A program made the translations under genes and the position numbers. Source: Mytilus californianus (taxonomy: Eukaryota). Taken from it: a stretch of DNA of 64,000 nucleotides. The stretch spans positions 84,816,001 to 84,880,000 of the forward strand of contig NW_026262723.1 in the NCBI RefSeq assembly GCF_021869535.1. Reading direction: 5' to 3'. Position 1 is the first letter of the stretch, and every line of letters starts with the position of its first letter. The notes under the pieces are model-generated. The model was not told where the DNA came from and ran no database searches. It saw only the letters and a program-made list of their open reading frames with translations. Positions 1 through 12,300 of the stretch are shown here, piece after piece.

Positions 1-275
1 AGCCAATAGTGCTGAAAGGGGCGTTCAACACCAATCAATCAATCATATTATCAGAATCAAGTGTGTACCATAACCCACTATTATGGCAAACATAAACACT
101 GACTATGCAGTATGGGTTTTACTCATTGTTAAAGCCCGTACGGTGACCTATAGTTATTAATTTCTGTGTCATTTGGTCTCTTGTGGAGAGTTGTCTTATT
201 GGCAATCATACCACATCTTCTTATTTTTATATATATAACCATTAAATGTCCTCAGAAATAAAAGGAATACTATAC

Positions 276-386
276 CTTACACTTGGGACAAACAAAACCA
301 CTCATGTTCTCCACCACGCCAATGATTGGTAGATTGACTTTTCTACAAAATCCTATTTCTTTCCTTACATCCTGTAAAGACACTTC
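276..386 (-). CDS. NUBP1: NUBP1 exon 8 ([17 protein letters not shown]...[12 protein letters not shown])
   Basis: 111 nt, CPKC motif. Confidence 0.96.
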
Positions 387-3300
387 CTACAAATATAAAA
401 ACTATTTTCATTACTTTTCACTTTACTTCTTCTGTGTCAAACACAAAAATGTACATCTAACAAAGAATTTTCAGATTAAATCATTGAAAGTACTACTATA
501 TGCCACTTAAATCAGCAGCTCTCCTTGTTACCCAAAATTTATTTCCAGGTGTGGGTAACAATTATAAGATAACTTTTTTGAAATAACAACCCCTGGTTAA
601 ACTTGGAATATTTCTGTTTGTCAATTCAGAAATTTTTCTAATCAAATAAAAAAAAGGAAGATAACTCCAATTTTAAAAATTACTTGATATTTAGAAGAAA
701 ATAAAAATTTTGCAATTTTCAAATTTCTAAAGGGGCATAACTCTAGAACAGTTAAAGTGACGCCACCAAAATTCAACCTTGATCTGTGTTTTGTGGTAAT
801 AAGCATTGTATATCAGTTTCATAACATTTGGTTGAGGCAAACTAAAGTTAGAGAACGGAAACGATAAATTCAGCAATTTTCCATTTGTAAAGGGGCATAA
901 CTCTAGAACGGTAAAAGTGACGCCACCAAAATTCAATCTTGATCTATGTTTTGTGGTAATAAGCATTGTGTATAAGTTTCATAACATTTGATTGAGGCAA
1001 TCTAAAGTTAGAGAACGGAAACGAAAAATTCAGCAATTTTTCCATTTGTAAAGGGGCATAACTCTAGAACGGTTAAAGTGACGCCACCAAAATTCAAACT
1101 TGATCTGTGTTTTGTGGTAATAAGCATTGTGTATAAGTTTCATAACATTTGGTTGAGGCAAACTAAAGTTAGAGAACGGAAACGATAAATTCAGCAATTT
1201 TCCATTTGTAAAGGGGCATAACTCTAGAACGGTAAAAGTGACGCCACCAAAATTCAATCTTGATCTATGTTTTGTGGTAATAAGCATTGTGTATAAGTTT
1301 CATACCATTTGGTTGAGGCAAACTAAAGTTAGAGAACGGACACCAATTTTGGGACGTACATACGTATGTACGTACGTACGGACAGACAAGGGTAAAACTT
1401 AATGTCCCTTCCGCTATGGCGGGGGCATAAAAATCTTTAAATATAAGGCCAAATTGGCTGAAGATGTCAGAAGGGCCAGGACAAAAAAATATCATTATTT
1501 CAATTATGTCCACATCTACAAAAGAGGCTATTTAAGAAGATTTGATTGTTGTGGTCTGTTGTACTGTCCAATATCTTTGTTCCTGTTACTGTTGAGTAAT
1601 TTCTGTTCTCACATATCAAGTACACATTCAAGATATTGTAATTAATTAACACAATCTCCAGAGCTAAAACTTGTATCAATTACCAGCACTATTACAAATA
1701 ATTGTGATTTAGTGATGCCTGTGTTAGGTAGGTAGAAAGGCTATGACTTTTTACTCGAGCAAATTCATTACAGAATATATATACCATCTCAAAGTAGCCA
1801 GTTCTAATAAAAATTACCTGTAAAATTTAGGGGAAGGCCTAAGTTTCATACCTGAGGAGTTGTTATAACAACTGCACCATCAACAGAGGATTCACTAAGA
1901 TACTGAACTACAGACAAATGTTCATCAGAGGTTCCTGGAGGGGTGTCAATAATCAAATAATCTAATTCACCCCAATCTACATCTCTTAGAAACTGTTTTA
2001 TTAATCCTGAAAAAAAGATATAAATATATATATATATAATTTTTGTGGTGTTAAATTTGCTTCATATGTACCGGTATTCAAAATTCAAACTCAAACCTAT
2101 TAAGACATACTACATACCTCAGGAGTTAAAGTGTAGAGGAAGCCTTTTTACAATAATACATGTATAAAAGTATATCTGTCCATGACTATCAATACCAGTT
2201 GACTTTTAACAGCAAGACAAAGGGAAACAAGAACATTTGAGCTGGCAGAACATTGTATCTCTACTCCCATAATTGGCAGGAGAATTGAAAGTTTCATACT
2301 TTCATGTAAAAATATTATTTGTTTTCTTATACATGATAAATATAGATTTTTTATAGAATAAATATAGAGTTTTACTTATCATTGAATTTTGTTGGAAGAC
2401 TGTAATATGAAGGTTTTACTTCAAGTATCACATAAACTTAACATTGACCAATGAACCATGAAAATGAGGTCAAGGTCATATGAACCCTGCCAGACAGACA
2501 TGTACACCTAACAATCATTCCATACACCAAATATAGTTGAATTATTATTAATAGTATCTGATAAACTGACAAAATCACAAAATTTATAATTGACCAATGA
2601 AACATGAAAATGAGGTCAAGGTCATATGAACCTGCCAGACAGACCTGTACACCTCACAAATTCCATACACTAAATATAATTGACCTTTTGCTTATAATAT
2701 CTGCGAAATAGATCAAACCACAAAAAACTAAAAATTGTCCAATGAACAATGAAAATGAGGTCAAGGGGCAGATGAAATCTGGCAGACAGACATGTGCATC
2801 TGAAATTCATTCCATACACCAAATATAGTGGCCCTTTTGCTTATAGTACCTGAGAAATAGACCAAACCACAAAAACAAAACATTATTCAATGAACCATGA
2901 AATTGAGGTCAAGGTCAGATAAAATCTGTCAGTCAGACATGTACCCCTTACAATTATTCCATACACCAAATATAGTTGACATTTTGCTTACAGTATCTTG
3001 GATACGGACTTGACCACGTAACTTTGACCTTGATCACTGATCCATGGAATAAGGTTGAGGTCAGGTAAACCCTACCTGACAGACATGTAGACATTGCAAG
3101 GAACCATTATAGCAAATATAGTTATCCTATTACTCATAATAAGTGAGTATTTCACTTAACAAACAAAAAATGTAATTTTTTTTCAAGCAGTCACTGAACA
3201 ATGAAAATGAGGTCAAGGACAATTGACATATGACAGAAGGAAACTTCGTAACATAAGGTATCTGCATACAAGGTATGAAGCATCCAGGTCTTCTATCCTC

Positions 3301-6300
3301 TGAAATATAAAGCTTTAAACAAATAGTTCACGCCAACCCCGGATTGTAATACCTATGTCATGACAAAAATCATGGGAATCCTTAATACATAAGGCAAAAA
3401 ATGACAGAACTAAAATATATTGAAAGGAAAATGGATTTTTTTAAATGGGTTAAATTGGACATTATCATAAGTAGCCACTTTTTGCCGAGAAGAAAACAAT
3501 TCATTGAGCTTTCATGTTCAAATAAAGTTGCGTGAGCTGATACAATCAAAAATAGGCTTTTTTGTCTTTAACAGGTATACTTTATCACTATAAAGTGCTG
3601 TGTGCTATTACACAACTGTTATAGGTTATGGGAGAGTTGAGCACTCTCAAACATGTTTAACCCCACCACATTCTGTATGTGCCGGTCCCGAGCCTGCAAT
3701 TCAATGGTTAATGTTGGTTGGTGTCTGTCATATTTGTTTTTTACTATTTGTTATATCATAAATCAGGCTCTTGGTTTCCTTGTTTGAATTGTTTCACATT
3801 TTGTCACATCAGATCCTTTTATAGCTTACTATATGGTTAGGCTTTTGCTTGTTGTTGAATACAGCGACTATAGTTACTTTTATCTACGTCATTTGGCCTC
3901 TGGTGGATAGTTGTCTCATTGACAATTATATTAACATCTTCTCATTTTTATATAACTCTTTCTGAGTCAGGTAAAAGGATTTATGTGTAATTTTTGTTTA
4001 TATATAAAAGGACATTTCAAAATACAGTAAACAAACCATTTTTCTTTGGCCCTCTCCAGATAACAGCCTCTTCTGGACTTGATAATAAAAAGCCAACAGA
4101 CATCACAGCTAAATTGTCCTCTACGTACTGTAATGGAAATAACATTTCATAAATTAATTAATTAATACAGTAAAGAATTCAGAATAAAATGTATGTATCT
4201 TCCAAGACAGATGTGCATTTAGTGTTGTCTCAATATAATATAAGCAGGAATGGAGTGAACTCGAAAAATAACTTAGACTAAAAATGTAAATAGCAAGTGG
4301 ACAGCTTCAAGTCCTGTAGAAGAATCTGTGTAAGTTGTCTGAATTCTAACCAGCTATTTCAGGAATTAACAAACTGATACAAGCAGGCATGTTTAAGTCC
4401 ATGTTATAGTTTTGGAAATCCAAAAATATCACGCTGATCAATGTTAAATGCATGGAGAATGTGTCCCCATGGACACAGATGATGCCCCCGCTTGCATACA
4501 ACATTATAAAGGGACATAACTCAAGAATGATAAAAGTGACGCTACCCAAATTTGTACTTGATCTGAGATTTAAGGTAATAAGTATTGTGTAAAGGTTTCA
4601 TAATGTTTGGTTGGGGCAAACTTAAGTTACAAAAACAGAAATTAAAATTTTTGCAATTTTTCGATTTATAAAGGGGCATAACTCGATAATGATTAAAGTG
4701 ACGCTACCAAAATTCAACTTGATCTGTGTTTTGTGGTAAAAAGCATTGTGTATAAGTTTCATAACATTTGGTTGAGGCAACTTAGGTTAGAGAACGGAAA
4801 CTAAAAATTTTGCATTTTTTTCCATTTATAAAGGGGAATAACTCGAGAATGTTTAAAATGACCCCACCAAAATTCAAACTTGATCTTTATTTTGTGGTAA
4901 TAAGCATTGTGTATATGTTTCATAACATTTGGTTGAGGCAAACTTAAGTTAGAGAACGGAAACTAAAAATTTTGCAATTTTTCCATTTATAAAGAGGCAT
5001 AACTCTAGAACGGTTAAAATGACGCCACTAAAATTCATACTTGATCTGTGTTTTGTGGTAATTAGTATTGTGTATAAGTTTCATAACATTTGGTTGAGGA
5101 AAACTCAAGTTAGAGAACAGAAACCAATTTTGGGACGTACGTACGTAAGTACAGACGGACAAGGGACAAAACTTAATGCCCCCTCCGCTACGGCGGGGAC
5201 ATAAAAATCAAATAGGTGTAAAACTTTATGTCCTTTACAAGAATCAGTGCAAGTTGGCTGAATTTCAGTTAGCTGTTTTAGCTAAAGGAAAGTACAACTT
5301 TATTGCACACTTATCATTGGAAACATTTTTTTTTTATTTCTAGAAAATGTCCAGGTGAGCAATTCAGTTATATAGATACAATGGATAAGCGTGGATTCTT
5401 GTAAAAGAAACCATGAGCCCGGAGGGCAAATGGTTTGTTTTTCATGAATCTACTCTTATCCATTGTATCTTTAACTGAAACTATTGTGTTAATTTCTTTT
5501 CAAAATTAAAGCCTTTTCTTAATTAGAAGGTATTGTAAGTGAGTTTAAATAACCATGTTATCGTGTCCAACGATGCATTGATAAATCTCAGATCACAATT
5601 AATTGGTTAACAAAATACAAATATAACACTTCTACCTTTAATGATCTTTATATTATCAGGCATCTGAATATTATCTGTTTTTACAAAATAAGACATATTC
5701 GAACTTATTTCTAATAAAATTGAGAATGGAAATGGTAATGTGTCAAAGAGACAACAACCCGACCAAAGAGCATATATATAAAGTATATATAATAAGTACG
5801 TTACTGAAATTTCTAGCACTCTAGGCACATCACGATTTTCTCGCATAGGAATTTGCGAACAAACATTTGTAAAATTATGTAGTAAAACAGATGAAACCAT
5901 ACTATATTTATACAACAAAAATTGACAAATAGAATGTAATCATTTTTGTTTCAAACATGTGAAATATCCAATAATAATCCAAAAATAAACGGTAAAACTC
6001 GCTATTATTACAAAAATATCCACTATAACATGCAAAATTAGAAAAAAAAACAGAATTGGGACAACAGAGATAATACAGGGATTCGAACCTAAACCGACAA
6101 ATCCCTATCTTTTAACTCGTTGATTTTAAGCATGCTAACCTCGCGGCTACCAACTTATACTATATGACTGCCCATCGTGTACATATAAAGGTACAACCCC
6201 TGTGTGTCCCATGTTCATTTATATATATATAATAGACATCTAAGTTGTAACCCATTGGTAGCTGAGAGGTTTCGTCGATGTGTTAATGTCAGTCATTCAT

Positions 6301-9300
6301 AACAGATTTCAAGGAAGGGTTCGATTCCCAGTGAAGGCATATACAAATCACAAAAATTAAAGGTAAGTTTTTAAATTAATTCCATTAGTGAACAGAAATC
6401 AGTAAATTAGCCAATTCAAACTTAATGAAATTAGACACACAAAGGAAACAATTGAATATAATTTGGTGAGTCCATTTCAGCGGCAGATTTAGGAAGCGTT
6501 GATTCTAGAAAAAGAATCCACGGTAAATGAATAGGCTGACGTCACCACAATGGTTTAAATGATTTTAAGGCTGGATAGAAAGTGCAATGGCATATCAATA
6601 GGTCTAAAATTGACATAAGATTAAAATCTGTCTGAAGAGGTATAATAGTTAAATATTAGAAGAAATAAACAAATATAAAATTAAAATAAATTAATTTGTA
6701 ACATTATAAATTCAACTTATTTCAAATGACTTTTTATTTCCATTTTTATCTATTAGTTGTAATCAGCATACAATTATGAAGTCAAGCGCAAATAGTTTTA
6801 TTTCTGACAACAAATGAATAAGACATTTTCAATAACATATAAAAATCTTTTAACCTTGAATTGATTATACATTGCACTTAATAGTTTGAATCAAGCTGCC
6901 AGTTTGACTATTGTCATGGAAAATAGAGTGCTAGTGGTAAAATATGCAGAACTGCAATATTATGTAACATTCTCCATAAATTTTTAATCAATTGCTCACA
7001 GCAAAGTCATGAGGAAAATTTAATTGACTAAACTAAGGTATGAAGTTGATATTTTCATTGCTTTATTTTTATACGGGTAATGTATATGTATCTAGTGATG
7101 TAGAAAATAAATAAAATCATATAAATGTCTGAATCCAATTTTCAACAGAAAAGACCAACTTTAAAAAGATATTTCAATGTTACATTTCTTATTATAATCA
7201 ATGTGTAGTATGAAAGCATTTCAATTTTATCGGTAAAATAAGTTTTACAAAGGTTTTCAATTTAAAACATCTTAATTATTAAAGGGTGTGCCTTAGTCAA
7301 AAATCGATAGCTTATCTAGCATAAACTACAAATGTTTGAATATTAATTATAATTTAAAAGATTCATTTAATGTAAGCGAAAGGGAAAACTGTATATACAC
7401 AAAACATGAGGTATTTAAAACATGACATGTTGATAGGAATAATTCAAACTGGAGGTATTATTAGCAAAGCTCACAAATATAAACCCTAATACCTGTTACA
7501 GTACTTAGAAGTTAGGTTCATCCCGTAAGCCCACCTATTCTAAGATTGTTCTGAGAAATTATCTGACATTAAACCTGACAACTTGAAGAACATTATAAAA
7601 TTTTTGTAATATTTTATTTTGTAAAAAATGAATAGTCAAACCTGTATATAAAGGTCACCCTCAGGACCAGAGAAAACAGAACTTATTTATAAGAGAGGTG
7701 ACCTTTTAATCAAAGTTCGATATGCAAAGGTATCACAACAAAGGGACTAGAAGACCTGACAAACTGAGTGAAATACCGTAAATTACATAATATTTTCAAA
7801 GAGTGAAATACAATATCTTTTTTCAGTCAACTCTACAAGTGTACATGTAAATAATAATTTTCTTACATTATCACAGGTATCAACTTATCTAGTAAATCTA
7901 ATGATATGGTCTTTAAGGTAATGTCATTACAGGGGACCTCAACATAGTTTCAGACCCAAAGTTACTGTATATGTACTTTTTTTCGCATGTACTTATTTTC
8001 ACGAATTTAGTACTGACAATGAATTCGCTTGTATTTAACTCCCTGTATTTCCCAAAAATATCAAAACATAATTAACGGACTTAATATATTAAAATGCTCA
8101 TTTACATGATTAATTAAATATTTATTTGTTAAACATCTGTATGAAACAAAATAAACAAAGATTATTCAATCATCAAAAAAGGTTGTCTGTTTCATAGCGG
8201 TTATTATCCAATTAAGTTGTTAGTTACACATTAAAACTGTCATATTTGGCTTGGGGCATTATTTAGAACCTTTTATCCTTTAATCCTTAATTGGTTTTGT
8301 GTATTGATCACTGGTGTTGTTTTTACAGTTACACAGTTCAATTGAGGTTATGTTAAGTAAACAAGGTTCACACCCATGTGCGATTGGTCGTAAATTCTGG
8401 TGATATTTATTCAATATATTTTATATGCATGTAAGTTGCATTGGTATTCGTGAATACCTACCGTGAAATCCGTGAAAATGAATACACTGCGATATACATA
8501 AACAGTATATTAAAGAGTTCAAAAAAAAGGAAAAAAATTTGAACCACCTAAGTTGTGTAGAGTCATTTAAAGATGCTCTTTCAACCCATTAATAAGAAAA
8601 TAATAGTTTAAGACCACATAAACATGTTTTTACCAAGTCATATTTAATTCATTGTTTTAAGCATAAATTTTTCCTATTGAATTGTTACTCAGTAGGCAGG
8701 ATTGGGCCTTTTAAAGCTTACTATTCGGTATGGGTTTTGCTCATTGTTAAAGGCCTCATGTAGTTGTTTAAATCCTCGTCCTTTGGTCTCTGGGGGATAT
8801 TCGTCTCATTGGCAATCATTCCAGATCTCCTCCTTTTTATACTGAACATTGATCACTGAACCAAGAAATGAGATCAATTGAACCCTGTCTGACTGACATG
8901 TACATGTATACCTTGCCAAGGTTCTGTATATACCATATCAGTAAAACAAAAGAAATGTGATAAAAAAAACGTTAGTTTTTTCAAACAGTCACAGAAGAAT
9001 GAATGAGACCAAGGACAACAAACAAGCTTAAAATATCATTTGTTCAACACAACCTGAATAGGAGAGGCTGATTGCATGTTTCTTAAAAATCGTTAAAAAA
9101 AGGGTGCTCTCTTAATGCTCTATTGACCAAAATATTGAAGTATTGCAAAATCGTGTGATTTTTTTCATTTAATTATTGATAGGTATATGTGAAGTTCAAA
9201 TGTAAAGTCTTTCAAATAATTTTCAATATTCACTGAGATTTAAAGGATGAAAGATACTCATAGCATCAATTGATTTTTTTTAAATTGATATTTTTGACAT

Positions 9301-12300
9301 ACATTTGTGGTGTGAAACGCTATGTTTTTGCAAGAACCAAGTAAACATTTATGAGGGATATGTTTTTTTTTAAATACAGACAAACACTATGGATTTTTTT
9401 TAGCTGGTTCCTAAATGCTCTATGAAAATCAAACAAAATCGGTAATTTTATGCTTAGGAGTTACTTTTCTATAACGTGATTACTAATTTTATTGTGATGT
9501 CATGGATCCTAAAATATTTGTTTTTAGTTTTGTATTTTCATAAATTTAAAGTAGGCCAAATTTAAAATAAGATTAATTTCAGTCAAAAGTTATGCCAAAT
9601 TTCAGCCCTAATAGCACTTCACTAGGATAACTTACAATAGGAGACCATCCTGATCCACTTTGATGAACCTACAAATAAAACAATTGTATGTTATAATGCG
9701 TTATATTGATTCTGGTATTGAAATTACATAACAATGCCATTTAACAATATGAAAAAAAAAAAAATTCAACTTCCACTCACTTACATTATATGCATGTAAA
9801 TTGAAAAAAAAATCCAAAAATAAATCCCTTCAAAATCATTTCATAAGGGGAAAAAACAATACAATGTAACTAAGAACAAGAATGTGTCCATAGTACACGG
9901 ATGCCCCACTCGCACTATCATTTTCTATGTTCAGTGGACCGTGAAATTGGGGTCAAAACTCTAATTTGGTATTAAAATTAGAAAGATCATATCATAGGGA
10001 ATATGTGTACTAAGTTTCAAGTTGATTGGACTTCAACTTCCTCAAAAACTACCTGAAGCAGGACAGATGGACGGACGAACAAACGAACAGACAAACTGAC
10101 CGAAAAACATAATGCCCCTCTACTATCGTAGGTGGGGCAGAAAAAAAAATTACACAAGTAAGATTGATTGATTGAATGTTGGTTGCTTAACATCCAGTGG
10201 CAAATATTTCATGCATGTTCAGGATGAACACAAGTAAGAAAGTTTGTCCAAAATTTTCAAAATTATACAATGTACCAATTCATTTTTTCATGTAGACAAT
10301 ATCTATCAGTATTTTAAGGTGAGAAGTCATGGGGTGGATTATTTTATATATATCTTTGTGTATACATTCATTCAACTTTTGTATAACTCTTGATCTATTT
10401 CTTCGGTCTACTGTCTGATGACATTTCACACAGACTATTTACCCATCTTTTGTATGTCATCAAGTTTTGTGTTATAGACAATAAGTAAAACAAACTTGTA
10501 ACAGTTACACACTTAACAGAATATGTATTTGAAAAATTGGCCTATATAACATACCTTTAAAAATTCAAGTGTTTTATTGTGGTATGTATGTTTGTATACC
10601 CTTCTTTATACAGATGTTCTAGTTATATCACAATGTGAATTGACATTGTTAGATTGACAGGTATGACATCTATGGGTATTCAATAAAAGGTTATGTTTTG
10701 ATCTCCTATGACTTAATACTATGGTTGCCAGAAAAAGTCTCAAAATTCATAAGGAATTGAATTCAAATTTGATGAAAAAGGTTGTACATAACCTCTTTAA
10801 AATACTTCAGATTTGTTCAGAATGTTTGACGTAAAACGAATTCAAAGATAATAATTCAGTGATATAATGATTTATTATAAGCATGCTGACTTGACCTTTA
10901 GGTTCCATTAAATCATTCAATACTAAACAAAATATAAAAACTTTATGCACAGTTCACAAAATAATACTCCTGCTTCCACATTTTTATAGATTTATGCTTC
11001 TACATATATATATAGATATGGCTAAGCCCATTCTTGGCTATTGGGATCCCCTAAATATTATTCAATTAAAGAAATAAAATATGGGGTGTGTAATGCCATT
11101 CTATAATGAAGATTTTCTGAAAGTTTCAGTGAAACCCAGATGTTAGCTTAAGAAAAATTGCAGATGCAAAGCAAAAGGGCAGACAGATGAAATGACAAAA
11201 GAGCCACGGAAAGGACACAGTGATCTATATTCCCCTACTTATTGTGGTAGGAGAAAGTTTAAAGAATACATAATTATCTCCAAAACTGACAAACAAACTA
11301 GGCTGATAAATCCCATTTGATCTTGTTCTATCATTTATGTAATATCAAAGTCTAATAAACTTAAAAGAAAGCTTGAAATCAATATTTTTACAGGAAGCAG
11401 GTGGAAATATCCCTCCCACATTTAAATGTCAACATGATTTTTTGCTAGAAGTCATCTTAAACTTTATACAAGGCATGAAAATAGACCCTGATGTACAACC
11501 AGTTAAACTATGCATTAAATAATAAAATACAATAATGTTCATTCAAACATTTTCACTAAAACATATTACATGTACCTATTGGAGGCAACTTTTTAAAGTT
11601 GCTCAATTTTCTTTTGTTAGGTTTTGCTTCATATTGTTTCATTTGATGTTGCCTTGTAAACATCTATTCTAGATCCATTTGCTCAAGTCATTACAACTGG
11701 ACTGTTCAAATACCTACTCTAGGAAACTGCCCTTTAAGAAAATTTGAGGGTATTTATGAATCCCATACAACATATTCTTACCTGTTCTTCAACACCAAAT
11801 ATTCTAGGTATGGATGGACCACATGAATCCCATACCACATATAATTGTCAAGGTTATGTACCTGTTCTCCTTCAGCATCAAGGATTCTAGGTATGTATGG
11901 ACCACATGAATCCCATACAACATACTATTGTCAAGGTTATGTACCTGTTCTCCTTCAGCATCAAGGATTCTAGGTATGTATGGACCACATGAATCCCATA
12001 CAACATTCTATTGTCAAGGTTACTTACCCATTCTCCTTCCACACCAAGTATTCTAGGTATGGATGGACCACATGAACACCATACAACATTCTATTGTCAA
12101 GGTTATGTACCTGTTCTCCTTCAGCATCAAGGATTCTAGGTATGTATGGACCACATGAATCCCATACAACATACTATTGTCAAGGTTATGTACCTGTTCT
12201 CCTTCAGCATCAAGGATTCTAGGTATGTATGGACCACATGAATCCCATACAACATACTATTGTCAAGGTTATGTACCTGTTCTCCTTCAGCATCAAGGAT

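Noticed and set aside
727-1513. ORFs [15 protein letters not shown]... (also 4346, 5019, 15127, 15462)
   Set aside because: Reading frames through the 160-bp repeat core; repeated, stop-bounded, no splice context.
6075-6340. True tRNA genes (also the 46860..46934 head)
   Set aside because: A and B boxes are present but acceptor, anticodon and T stems do not pair as a cloverleaf.
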